A stretch of 64,000 bases of DNA from the human T2T-CHM13v2.0 reference genome, Homo sapiens (GCF_009914755.1 NC_060930.1); one strand, 5' to 3'. Positions 1 to 16,785 are shown, numbered from the stretch's first letter. Translations and numbers: made by a program. Notes: a model not told the origin generated them from the sequence alone.

Positions 1-1702
1 TCAGGAGAGTGAGATAGCTTGACCAGAATTACAAAACAAGAAACTTGAAAGACTGGGTTTAGAATTTTGTAAGACTGGCTCTTTGTCAACTACAAATTTG
101 CTTACAAACTCTTTGGCTTATATTTGGTATCCAAATTTTGCCAGCGACAACTTTTACTGCACTTTGCCTGTAGGTTCCAAAATATATTATTTTCCCATTT
201 ATAAAAGTGTAGTATCATTTACATGTTTCTAAATTCTGGCCCTTAACCTGTTGTTTGTAACACTTCATAGATGATAGCCAACAATGATTGCACAATCACA
301 CTTTAAATTATTTATCACATCACATTTTTAATCCTCAGTATCTAGAGATTTCAATTGATTTAATGTTTTTCTTCACTTGTCACAGAGAAGAGGTTTCACA
401 GCTATACATCTCAAACACTTTTCAGTTTGCAAATTGTTCTCATTGATAGAGAAAAAGCAAATATATTATATTTAGTAGTTCTTTTTGTTTCTTTAAGATT
501 TGCCTAAAATGTTGAGTATATCCATATTCATAAATGTTCTTGCTCTTTTTGATGTATTTTACTAGTGCCAATTTATTTTTGTAGTATACACACTGGGACT
601 ATGATATTTTCATTCTATACACGTATTTGTCCATAGTTAAGTATCCCTTCTTTACCTATTATGAAATACATTAATCCTTATTGGAAAATTATCTGAGCTG
701 CTACATCACTTGTTTTTATAGTGCTCCTTTTTCTTCTACTTATCATTTATTAAATTTACAGAATTTTATTATTAAAATGTCTCAATCAGATCCTTTGCTA
801 GGTGCTTGTCTAAGCATTTTATATATTTTAATTCATTCAAGCTTCTTAACAAAGCCTTGGATATGCACAATTATTATCCTTCTGTTACAGATAATGCAAA
901 AGTTTATATCATTCATAAGTGGCATGTCCAGAATTGGGTGGTTTTTGTCAGTGTCCTATATTGTCTTCAATCTCTTAAAATTTTCTAAGTTGTTATATTA
1001 TATTACCACAGAATTATTTCATTATCTTCTTAAATATTAAAATCTGCTTTTCTGCAGAGAAGAATGTACTTCCAACTATACTCATGAAGTTGATACATTT
1101 TTTCCCTACATTTCTCATCACTATTTCTCTGTAGGCAGGATGGTCTTTTTGTCAAAATTAAGTAAAAATTGAAGTTTCCTTGTTATGTTCCCAATCTTCT
1201 GGAAGATGACCCTGTCAGCCAGTCAAGGAAAGAATTTATTAAATGGTTTTTATTAGATGCACAGTGGAAGAAAATGATCTTTTTCTAAAACTTCATCTAA
1301 ATACACTCCATCATGATTTCACTAGCATTTCATTGATTTAAAACCAAATCAAGACCATTTTGAAAATTTAATCTTTAGAAATAAAAGTCATATATTTGAA
1401 GGTAAAAACTTCCAGTTATTGCTGGAGTTGTAGCAGCTTAGATAGGCAGTCAATCTTACACCGAAAACATGACTATCCTGATGAAGGTTTGATTGGGCTG
1501 AGTTTGTGACTGGTTGGAGTTAGAAAGCAGGGAGGTTAGAGAAGAACAGACCTCCCAACCCAGGGAAACAGAAAGTGTCTAATGCAAATAATTTTTTTAA
1601 AAATTTAATTGGAAAGTATTTATACTGCTTCCTTTAGTTTTATCAAAGTTTACTGACTCTGAGTTATCCAACTCATAGTAAAAGATTTACAGGGGTAACT
1701 TG

Positions 1703-2005
1703 GGCTGGGCGCAGTGGCTCATGCCTGTATTCCTAGAACTTTGGGAGGCTGAGGCAGTTGGATCACTTGAGGTCAGGAGTGTGAGACCAGTCTGGCCAAC
1801 ATGGTGAAACCCCGTTTCTACTAAAAATGCAGAAATTAAGGACTGGGGGTGGTGCATGCCTGTAATTGCAGCTACTCGGGAGGCTGAGGCAGAAGAATCA
1901 TTTGAACTCAGGAGGCAGAGGTTGCAGTGAGCCGAGACTGTGCCACTGCACACCAGCCTGGGCAACAGAGCAAGATTCCATCTCAAAAATACAAAATAAA
2001 AAAAT
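1703..2005 (+). mobile_element. AluS (Sz/Sx-like), full length
   Basis: Starts GGCTGGGCGCAGTGGCTC; has both arms, the TACTAAAAAT linker and an A-tail. Decayed TSD AAAGATTTACAGGGG (1681) / AAAGAATTTGCAGGG (2006). Confidence 0.95.
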
Positions 2006-3866
2006 AAAGAATTTGCAGGGATATCTCAAACCTAACTGTGGAGATATCTGAATATTTGTCCAGCATCAGGACTTTTCTACATATGAGATAATATGTTTAG
2101 TTTGACAAAATGTGTATAAACTAAGTACACCTGACAGATGTTATTGTCACTTTCCATCCTAAACCTAAATTGTGGTCTTTAGTAAATTTCATGTAATATT
2201 TTAAAAGAAAAACTGACAATCTGGAATGTAACTCCAAGAAGGCAATGAATGTAACTGAGATTTTTGATATCTTGTAAATGAGGAACAAATGGTAATTTCA
2301 CCATGAATAAAATGTAGCTTACGGGAACATGATAGATTCCATAAAGTATTTAGAGAACTTCCATAAAGAGTGGATAGAAGATTTGTGCTGTACGCTGTTA
2401 AAGTACACATTTAGAACTGTGAATTGGACGAACATAAGAAAGAGTGTGTAGGAATGCCTGGCAGCAATAATGAGTGGCCTGCCAAAGATTTGAAAATAAG
2501 GGAAATCAGGATTTTTTTTTAGATTAAATATAAAGCTAACACATATGGGACCATTGCAGATATGTAAGTTTGTCTTAATGAGACAAAATATTTCTCAAGA
2601 TAGAACCAATTTTGACTGCAAACTAGTTACCTTTATTATTACATTAAAGAAAGTATCAGAAAGAGAAAGATAGCAATAGAAATCTGAAGAGAATATTAAT
2701 CTTAAAATACCTCTTGGACTATTATAATTTCAATTGAAATAATTCTAACTTATGTTTAAGAAAAAAATCAATGAAAACATTTTTTTTTTCAGCTTTTATC
2801 TGGGAAGACTAGATGTGGGCTTGGATTTGGAAGATATTGAATCCCTGGACCTCAAGAATGCTAGTTAGGTTCTTTATCCATTTATAAGCTCTATTTGTCT
2901 ATGGTGGCCTTGATACTAAATGCAAACTTGATCAGTACTGTGAACATGATGAATGTCAGCAGCTATATTCTCCAAGCTTAAAAACATCAGAAGAAAGTTA
3001 AGGGTTTTTTTTTTTCTCAGATATCAATGCTATAATGAAATCTGAGTGAAAGTTTGTGGATCTCACCCAACCCTTGGACCAAGCGCAGAGAAACAAGATA
3101 ATGGCACTAGGACTGTACACAACATGAATTCCAAGGAAACAAATGTAATGCTGTAAGGCACTTAAAACAACAGAATAATTTGATCAGATCTTGATTTTTT
3201 TTATACTTGGCATGCATACACGAACAGGAAACTTTCATTTAAAAAAATAGAAAACAACAGACCAAAATAATTGAATTAACATAAAGTGGCTTTTGTATTT
3301 TAAAAAATCAAAACAAAAAGAAACATTTTGTACTATGAAGGAATTCATAATTAGGCCAGTGAGTTAGAGGATAGCCAACAAAAATGGATTAGAGCTGATT
3401 AAATCATCTTGCTAGTCCTAAAAGGAAGAAGAAGGAGGAGGAGAAATAAAGAAAAAAACAAGGAGGAGGAGAAGTAAGAGAAAATGTGTTTAACATATTT
3501 TTTGCATTACTATGGATAAAAAATCTAATAATGATTTTTTTCCAGTTGTAAAGAACCCTCACAGTCAGTAATTTAAACATTTCCAATATGTTTGGCATCA
3601 TAGCAACAATAGAAGTTTGCACATGTATGCCATTGGAAAGGGGGAGGTGAATTCTTCACAAATCAAATCCCATTGAATGCAACCTCTCTCATATTTTTGT
3701 CAAACTTAAAGGTTCCGTTTTAAAGTGCATTTTCAAAATTGTCTATAGGACCACATCAAGGCCTGCTAAATAAAACCAATACATTAAGGGGAAAATAAAG
3801 AATGTTAAGTACATAAAACATTTAAAAACAAGCAGTCAAATATTTTGGGTATTTATTGCTTTAACC

Positions 3867-5482
3867 TTTATTGAGGTATAATTGATATACAAAATCGTAC
3901 ATGTTTAGTGTCTAAATTTTGATGAATTTCAATATATGTATAAACTCATGACACGAATACTACAATCAAGATTCTAAACATATCCATCATCTCCAAAAAT
4001 TTCCTTGAGTTATGTTGTCCTTTGGTGGGGTTTTTCTTTGATTTTGTTTTTGGTAAAATCACTTAACATGAGATCTATCCTCTTAATAAGTTTTAAAGTG
4101 AACAATACCATTTTGTTAACTGCAGATAACTATGTTGTACATCGATCCCTAGAGCTTATTCATTTTGCACCATTGAAACTGTATAACAAATGAGGAACAA
4201 TCTCCTATTTTCTCCCATCTCAAGCCCCTGGCAAGCTCCATTGTATTCTCTGCTTCAATGAGTTTGGCTATTCCAGATACTTTATATTTGTGGAATCATG
4301 AAATCCTTTTATAACTGGCTTATTTCGCTTAGCATAATGTTTTGGTCCATTCATGTTGTCACAAACAGTAAGATTTTCTTCCTTTTTTAAGGCTGAATAA
4401 TATTTGAAACACATTTACTTTATCTATTTGTCTATTGATAGACATGTAGATTATTTCCTTATCTTGGTAATTATGAATGATGCCTCCATGAAAATTGGGG
4501 TGCAGATGTCTCTTCCAAAACCTTATTTAAATTATTTTGGATATATTTCCTGAAGTGGGATTGCTTCATCATGTAGCAATTCTATTTTTAATGCAATTAC
4601 TATTAAAGGATCCTGCATACTGTTTTCCATGGTGCCTGAAGCATTCTACATTTCCATCAACTCTGCTTTTGTTTTCTTCCTCCCCATAGTTGCCAACACT
4701 TGTAGTTACTTATTTTTATCATAGCCATCCTAACAAGTGTGAGGTGATATCTCATCGTTGTTTTGATCTGCATTTCCTAATTAGTTGTAGTATTGAGCAC
4801 CTTTCATATACCTGGCAACTGTTTGTATGTCTTCTTTGAAGAAATGCCTATTCAAGTCCTTTGCTCATTTTTTAATTAGGTTGTTTATTCTGCTTTGAGA
4901 CATAGGAGATTCTTACACTCTTTGGATATTAACCCCTTGTTAAATAGATGGTTTGCAAATATGTGTTCTTTAAATATGTTGCCTTTTCACAGAGACAGAG
5001 TCTTACTTGTCACCCAGGTTGGAGTGCAGTAGTGTTATCATGGCTCACTTCAGCCTGGAACTCCTGGGCTCAAGCAATCCTCCTGCCTCAACTTCTGAGC
5101 AGCTGAGATTACAGGCATGCGCTCCACACCCAACTAGTGTTGACTTTTTTTCTTTGCCTTAAAGAAGCTTTTCTGCAAAATTTGATGTTGTCTCACTTGT
5201 CTATTTTTGTGTTTGTTGCATGTACATTTTTTGTCAAATGCAGCAAATCATTGCTTACACCAATTTCAGGAAGTTTTTCTTCTGTTTTCCTAGAGTTTTA
5301 TACTTTCAGATCTTAAATTTAAGTATTTAGTCCACTTTGAGTGGATTTTTGTGTCTGACATAATGATCCAATTTTACTCTATTGAACGTTTATATCATTT
5401 TCCCAGCACAACTTATTACAGAAACTATCTTCTCCCCATTGTATTTTCTTAACATCTCTGTTGAAGATAAGTTGACCATATG
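3867..5482 (-). mobile_element. Old L1 (L1MA8/9-like): 3' UTR and ORF2 C-terminus, sense arm of a 5'-inverted element
   Basis: Begins TTTATTGAGGTATAATTG, a typical L1MA 3' end on the minus strand, and runs through 3' UTR into ORF2 up to ...GTTGACCATATG. Confidence 0.85.
4992..5136 (-). mobile_element. AluJ right arm / FRAM-like monomer nested in L1
   Basis: GAGACAGAGTCT...CTCCTGGGCTCAAGCAATCCTCC...CACACCCAACTA. No poly-T tail. Confidence 0.85.
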
Positions 5483-5813
5483 AACAGATGAATAATGAGA
5501 AAGGATATAGAATTGGTAATCAAAAACCTTCCAACAAGGATAATCCAGTATCAGATGCCTTCAGTGGTTAATTCTATCAACGATTTAAAACTAAATTCAT
5601 GGCACCACTTCTGAAACTCTTCTAAAAAGTTGAAATGGAGGGAACATTTCCCAGCTAATTTTATGAGGCTATCATTACCCTGATACAAAAGTCAGATAAA
5701 GCCACCATAAGAAATGGAAACCACAGGCCAATATTCCTGTTGAACATAGATGCAGAAATCTCCAACAAAATACAAGCAATCCAAATTTAGCTACACATTA
5801 GAAAGCTTTTCTT

Positions 5814-6293
5814 TTTTTTTTTTCTTATTATACTTTAAGTTTTAGGGTACATGTGCACATTGTGCAGGTTAGTTACATATGTATACATGTGCCATGCTGG
5901 TGCACTGCACCCACTAACTCGTCATCTAGCATTAGGTATATCTCCCAATGCTATTCCTCCCCCCTCCCCCCACCCCACAACAGTCCCCAGAGTGTGATAT
6001 TCCCCTTCCTGTGTCCATGTGATCTCATTGTTCAATTCCCACCTATGAGTGAGAATATGCGGTGTTTGGTTTTTTGTTCTTGCGATAGTTTACTGAGAAT
6101 GATGTTTTCCAATTTCATCCATGTCCCTACAAAGGACATGAACTCATCATTTTTTATGGCTGCATAGTATTCCATGGTGTATATGTGCCACATTTTCTTA
6201 ATCCAGTCTATCATTGTTGGACATTTGGGTTGGTTCCAAGTCTTTGCTATTGTGAATAATGCCGCAATAAACATACGTGTGCATGTGTCTTTA
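5814..6293 (-). mobile_element. L1PA2-like 5'-truncated young L1 (~480 bp)
   Basis: Near-consensus L1P 3' end with diagnostics CATTGTGCAGG, CCCACTAACTCGTCATCTAGC (GAG, not Ta ACA) and GTGATATTCC. Perfect 15-bp TSD TAGAAAGCTTTTCTT at 5799-5813 and 6294-6308. ORF 6032-6361 includes the ORF2p C-terminus (...KHRIFSLIGGN). Confidence 0.95.
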
Positions 6294-6724
6294 TAGAAAG
6301 CTTTTCTTCTAAGATTATGAACAAGAGAAGGATGCCTTCTGTTGCCACTTCTATTCAACATAGTACTGAAAGCGCTAGTCAGGGCAATTAGGCAAGGAAA
6401 ATAAATAAAAGAACTCCAAATTGAAAAGAAAGAAATAAAATTGCTCTTTTTTCAGTTGACGGAATCTTATATATAAAAATCCCTAAAGACACCACAAAAA
6501 ACTTATTAGAACTAATAAACAAGTTCAGCAAATTGACAGTAAACAAAATCAACATACACAATTTAGTTGCTTTTGTATACATGAATAATGAACTATCCAA
6601 AAATGGAAATAAGGAAACAATTCCGTTTACCATAGCATCAAAAATAATAATGTGCTTGGGAATAAACATAACCCAGAAAATGAAAGATCTGTACACCGAA
6701 AACTATAAAACATTGATGACAGAA

Positions 6725-6754
6725 TTTTTTTTTTTGAGATGGAGTCTCGCTCTG
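6725..6754 (-). mobile_element. Extremely 5'-truncated Alu (19 nt body + T11)
   Basis: T11-GAGATGGAGTCTCGCTCTG flanked by GATGACAGAATTTT (6715) and GATGACGGAAATTTT (6755). Confidence 0.85.
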
Positions 6755-7420
6755 GATGACGGAAATTTTAAAGACACAAATAAATGGGAAGCTATCATGT
6801 GATAATGGATTGGAAGATTTCATATTTTTAATATGTCTGTATGACTTAAAGCAGTATACAGATTCAATATAATACTTATCAAAATTCCAAGGGCATTTTT
6901 AGCAAAAATAGAAGAGAAAATCTAAAATTTATATGGAACCACAAAAGACTCTGAATTGCTGAAGTAACCTTGAGAAAGAAGAACAAAGCTGGAAGTATTA
7001 CACTGCCTGATTTCAAAATATATAGCAAAGCTATGGTACTTAAAACCCTATGGTACTGGCATGACAAACATGCAGATGAATGAAACAGAATGGGGATGTC
7101 ATTAACATTTTGACTCTTACAGGGGGAACATACTGTGGGAGAGAAGTGAAAGAATATTAAATTTGGGAAATAGAATATTAAAAATTCCCATTCTGTGGGA
7201 ACAAGAAAGAGAATGCAAATAGGGGCTTACTATTGTATTTCTTATACGAAGTGAATAAAACAATTGATTTTTATGAATAAAACATGTTATATTTATAGAA
7301 AGATTGTTTAAATTTAGATATATGACTCAGAATAATAATATAATTCTTAGAATACGTAGAATGAGTTGTTGAAACTAACCTTTGGTGTGGAACAATAATA
7401 GGCTTTCTGTTAAATTTTTT

Positions 7421-7492
7421 ATATATACATATGTATAATACACACACACATACACACACACACACACATATATATATACACACACACATATG
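7421..7492. repeat. Compound (TA)n/(CA)n microsatellite
   Basis: Directly visible dinucleotide runs. Confidence 0.9.
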
Positions 7493-10456
7493 TAATCTTG
7501 GAATATCAAGTTCAGCAATAACTACATTGAAATTTTTGGAAATTTTATCTTATTTTATTTTTGATGAAATGAGAAACAAACTGTGAAAAATAACCCTGTA
7601 GGACTAACTCCATCAAAAGAACATTTAAGATGTTACTGTTTAAGAAGGCAGAACCATACAGTACTACCAGTGAGTTGAACAGTCTTTTTAATAAAATTAT
7701 CTATATTTTATCACTATCAGAGTTTCAGAACTCTAGAGTACCAGAGAAAGCTAATACTCAGAGAGACAAATTTGACCTTTACCTCTCAGTCATTAAATAC
7801 TAGGAAATGATACAGCTTAGTGCTCCTTAAATATTTGCAAAATGACATGCCCTGTGAATACAGACAACAGCAGCTCACACTTTTTGAGGTTTCCTTGGAT
7901 CATTGTTAAGGGCTGAATCATTTAAAAAACAAATATAAGAACACAGATTTGCTACTTATGTACAGTCACACATATTAAATTAAGAAGAAGGCATTAGCTA
8001 TTATTATATAAAGTTAATATTTTAATAATAAAATTGTGGTTAGTTAATAGTAAAATGTATATGTATTACTACTGTTATAGAATGGCCTAGCAAAGTGAGC
8101 AAAAACTTGATAAATATGAGATTAAATACCTTAAGACCTAAATTATGTGTGTGTGTATGTGCATGCACATGTGTGTGTCTCCTTTATCATTTATATTCAT
8201 AACACTTGTTTATTGGAATTGACTGCTTAGTTTTCCAAATTAATCATAATAAAGTTAATATTTAACATTTGCCTTCCATGAACATTTTGTTAGGCTTAGA
8301 TCCTCATTTTTTCATACCACTCTGTCTATCCCTATTTGCTGTTTTAATTTAGTTCAAGATTATAGAAGAAAGGAAACATAAATTATTAATACTATGTGCC
8401 AAAATCCTGTACTTAAGCAACAAACATGGTTCTAGGGGAAAAACAAGTAATTGACTAACTGACCTTTTGAGTCGTAAGTTTAAATTGTGAAGTTTCTTGT
8501 GTTACAAGTGATCTTTACAACCTAATTTACATAAAACTTGTAAATTATTCCAGATCTGGTTAGTAAATGTGGTATATATTGAATTCAATCTAATATAGAA
8601 TTAGTTATATATTTTGAATCAACATATCATGTTACCAATATTCTTAATACCAAAAAGTGGTGTGTGTGTTTATTTTTTGTGTTTGAACCATATGAAAGGA
8701 TACATATTGTCATCTTCTACATGAATATACTTACCACATTTTGTGTCCACCCTGTCCACTATTCAGTGAGGAAAACCTGATCTGGGAATAAGAAGCACAA
8801 TTTTCTTTATATACTAGCAAACATAATAAATAAAGCCCTGATGTACAGACCTTAATGGATTCAAACTTCTTTCATTTGCTGAGTCATTTAGTATTTATTT
8901 AACCCCAAGTAGGTGATGTGCATATTGGGTGACTCAATGATCAGATTGGTAACAAGGTAAAAACCCATCTTCAAGGCTCTTTTGATTAAATATGGGAGGC
9001 AAACTGGTAACAATACAGATTCTGATTAATTATATTGAAATAAAGATCACACGTAATATTTCTAAATGGGAGTGATGAGGCCTGAATGCTTTAGAAGAGT
9101 AGAAATCTGTCATTGATAAATTTTATTGTGTAGTTTTAAGAATTAAGATTGTTAATTCCACTCAGAAAATAATATAAGTAAAATAAAATAAGAGTACAAA
9201 CATCCCACATTAAAAAACTGTAGTATTTTGTGCTTTCTTGAATAGACAATATATTTTTCAATGTTATAGTTCCATAAATAACTATAATAAGAATTTTCTT
9301 GTCAGATTGTTCAGGCCTTGTGACTGAAGCCAGACATAAAACTATATTTTCTCACGTGGGTTTTATATTTAATTTAAATCAATGTATACTCACTGACCAA
9401 AGTTATCAGACCATAAGCTTAGTTGCCACAAATAAGTGTCTAAGATCATGTTAATGTTATACATATTACATAAGACAGATCTGTAGCAAAATATATCTAG
9501 CATTTGAAGTGACTAGATATGGAAGCTAAAAGATATCTGATAAGATTCATATTTTTATCCTTTTAAAAATGCAACAATTTTCTGGGTCTAAAGTATGAAC
9601 AGCAAAGGGAAATTAACATGAATCTTGTGCATTCAGTTACCAGATCAGATATGTTCTAATACAATCAGATATTGTTTTCCATCTTTGTTAGAAACAAATA
9701 AGAGAACATTCTGGTGATAATTGAAAATGTAAAATCCTTTATACGATTTGACACTTTGCTCTAGAAAGAGGACAATTATTAATAAATGGCATGAGTGGGG
9801 TTATCATGTTTTTATTATCAATAAAATTTAATATTTAAGTTAATCTTTGCAGGAGTCATTCCCTTAATAAAATACAATTATTAAGAAAATCTACATGAAT
9901 AGAAGGTATTAGAGAAAGATAGATTAAGACAAACACCTAAATATAACATGTTTCAAGTATGAGACAGGTCCCATTTTCACAATGAGAAGACTTTACAAAA
10001 GAGCTTTTTGTCTGGCTTGATAAAAGAATCCTTTAGAGAATTAAACTTTTATAGCAATAGTTAAGCATAATAGATATTACACATAAACATTTAAAATTAC
10101 ATGTAAATTAATATGTTTAGAGGTATTTTTAATACCAAGATTCAAGAACATAAGTTTCTTTTTTATTTTCAGGCCCATTGCAAGCACAGAAGAATCATTG
10201 TGTTTCTCATCAGCATAGCCAGTTTTGAACCTTCTAACCTTTATTTTTCCAAAATGAGTCATTTTGTATTCACCTATTCCGTCTGTGACATATCATTAGA
10301 ATTCCTTAGAGATGTTGTCTCTGGAAATTTCACTCCAACTGACATGCAGCAATACATAATACTGGAATAGTTTTAAAAATTATTATTTGTGCTGGAAATA
10401 TGTATTTCTGACTGAAAACATTTAACAACTGCTGGATTTCTTCATCTACGAAAGGC

Positions 10457-11467
10457 TTTTTAAAGGCTAAATAATATTCTATTGTACACACATATGCAAA
10501 CATGCACGCAGAAACACACACACATAAAAACATGTTTTTATTCATTCATCCATTGACAGACACTTAAAATATTTCTACTCAATGTATATGTCATCTTTTC
10601 TTTACCTATTCATCCAACAACACTTGAGTTGTTTCCATATCTTAGCTATTGTGAATGATGCTGCAATGAATATGGGTGTGCAAACATTTCCTCTGCATAT
10701 TGATTTCAATTCTGTTGGATATGTACCCAGAAGTGGGATTGCTGGATCTTAACTTAGCCCTATTTTTTAGTTTTTTAAGGAAATTCCATATCATTTTTCA
10801 TAATGCCTGTAGCAATTTATAATTCTACCAACAGTGTACAAGGTGTCTTTTTTTTCGACATTGTCAATAGCTATCATTTTACTTTCTGACAATAGCCAGC
10901 CTACCAAGTATGAAGTTATAGCTCATATAGTTTTGATTTGCATTTCCCTCATGATTAGTGATGCTGAGCACCTTTTCACATACCCATTAGACATTTGCAG
11001 TGTTTGGAGAAATATGTGTTCAAGTCTTTTGCCCACGTTCTAATCAGGTTACTTGTTTTTGTTTTTGTTGTTATTGAGTTGTATATTTTGAATATTAATG
11101 TACATTGGATATACGGTGTGCAATTTATTTTCTCCTATTCTATGGGGTGGCTTTTCACTTTGTTGATGGTTTCCTTTGCTCTGCAGAAACTTTTTAGTTT
11201 CATGTTGTCCCACTTGTTTATTTTTGCTTTTGTTGACTGTGCTTTTGGAATTATGTCTGCAAAATAACTGCCAAGGCCAAGATCAATGAATTCTTTTTCT
11301 ATTATTTCCCTTAGAATGTTTATGATTTCAGGTCTTACATTTAAGTCCTTCATTCATTTTGAGTTAATTTTTGTATATGGTGTAAGGGAAGAGCCTAGCT
11401 TCATTCTTTTGAATGTAGATGTCCAGTGTGCCTGACACCATTGAAAAGACTATCTTTCTCCACTGTA
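10457..11467 (-). mobile_element. Old L1 (L1MA/MB) ORF2 3' part
   Basis: ORF 11135-11353 reads KAKINKWDNMKLKSFCRAKETINKVK (ORF2p); also GAAGTGGGATTGCTGGATC. Confidence 0.85.
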
Positions 11468-11888
11468 CAAGGGACTATCCTATCCTTTTCCCACTCTTGC
11501 CTGAAGATGAACTAAATATTGAAAGAAAGTATGTCACTACAAACTTGGTTAAAGGGACTGAAAGTGATTGATTCTGAGAAGAAAATGATAATGTAGGGCT
11601 AGTCAGGGTTTTTATACTAGCCTTATCAAGTCTACTTGATTTTTAAACTATGTATGTTTGATAAAAGTAAAAGCTATTTTTTTAATTATACTTTAAGTTC
11701 TAGGGTACATGTGCATAATGTGCAGGTTTGATACATAGGTAAACATGTGCCATGCTGGTTTGCTGCACCCATCAACCCTTCATTTACATTAGGTATTTCT
11801 CCTAATGCTATCCCTCCCCCAGCCCCACAACCCATCACACACAACAGTGTGTGATGTTCCCCACCCTGTGTCCAAGTGATCTCATTTT

Positions 11889-15699
<3,811 letters not shown>

Positions 15700-15762
15700 T
15701 ATGATGTTCGCTGGTTACTTTGCCCGTTAATTGATGCAGTTTCTTCATAGCATGGATGGTCT

Positions 15763-16785
15763 TTACAATTTGGCATGTTTTTGCAGTGGCTGGTACCAGT
15801 TGTTTCTTTCCATGTTTAGTGCTTCCTTCAGGAGCTCTTGTAAGCCAGGCCTGGTGGTGACAAAATTTCTCAGCATTTGCTTGTCTGTGAAAGATTTTAT
15901 TTCTCCTTCACTTATGAAGCTTAGTTTGGCTGGATATGAAATTATGGGTTGCAAATTCTTTTCTTCAAGAATGTTGAGTATTGGCGCCCACTCTCTTCTG
16001 GCTTGCAGGGTTTCCGCTGAGAGATCTGCTGTTAGTCTGATGGGCTTCCCTTTCTGGGTAACCTGACCTTCTTTCTGGCTGCCCTTAATACATTTTCCCT
16101 TCATTTCAACCTTGGTGCATCTGACAATTATGTGTCTTGGGGTTGCTCTTCTCGAGGAGTATCTTTGTGGTGTTCTCTGTTTTTCCCGAATTTGAATGTT
16201 GGCCTGCCTTGCTAGGTTGGGGAAGTTCTCCTGGATAATAACCTGAAGAGTGTTTTCCAACTTGGTTCCATTCTCCCCATCACTTTCAGGTACACCAATC
16301 AAACATAGATTTGGTCTTTTCACATAGTTCCATATTTCTCGGAGGCTTTATTCATTTCTTTTTACTCTTTTTTCTCTAACCTTTTCTTCTTGCTTTATTT
16401 CATTAATTTGATCTTCAATCACTGATACTCTTTCTTCCACTTGATTGAATCGGCTATTGAAGCTTGTGCATGCATCACGAAGTTCTCGTGCTATGGTTTT
16501 CAGCTCCATCAGGTCATTTAAGATCTTCTCTACACTGTTTATTCTAGTTAGCCAATTGTCTAATCTTTTTTCAAGGTTTTAGCTTCCTTGTGATGGGTTC
16601 GAACATCCTCTTTAGCTCAGAGAAGTTTGTTATTACCTACCTTCTGAAGCCTACTTCTGTCAACGCGTCAAAGTCATTCTTTGTCCAGTTTTGTTCCATT
16701 GCTTGCAAGAAGCTGTGATCCTTTGGAGGAGAAGAGGTGCTCGATTTTTAGAATTATCCACTTTTCTGCTCCGGTTTCTCCCCAT
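15763..16785 (-). pseudogene. L1 ORF1p (frameshifted)
   Basis: ATG at 16785 (MGRNRSRK...). Intact C-terminal 186 aa: KRPNLCLIGVPE...YPAKLSF...QPLQKHAKL*. Confidence 0.93.

Larger units (their letters stand above)
5481..7095 (+). mobile_element. Inverted (twin-primed) ORF2 segment of the same old L1
   Basis: Degenerate ORF2 (NR..IE.VIKNLPT, FYEA.ITLI, NIDA.I.NK, then ORF 6533-6802 KINIHNLVAFVY...LYTENYKTL). Ends at AACAGAATGGGG, the L1 position just 5' of where the minus arm stops. Confidence 0.85.

Noticed and set aside
681-1040. 119-aa hydrophobic ORF (and similar I/L/F-rich ORFs throughout)
   Set aside because: It has a TTG start and a composition expected from AT-rich DNA, with no homology I recognise.
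2780-3160. Two poly-T+AG acceptor-like sites (2792, 3020); a similar one at 10172
   Set aside because: These are simple T-runs in AT-rich DNA, with no strong matching donors or recognisable coding frames.
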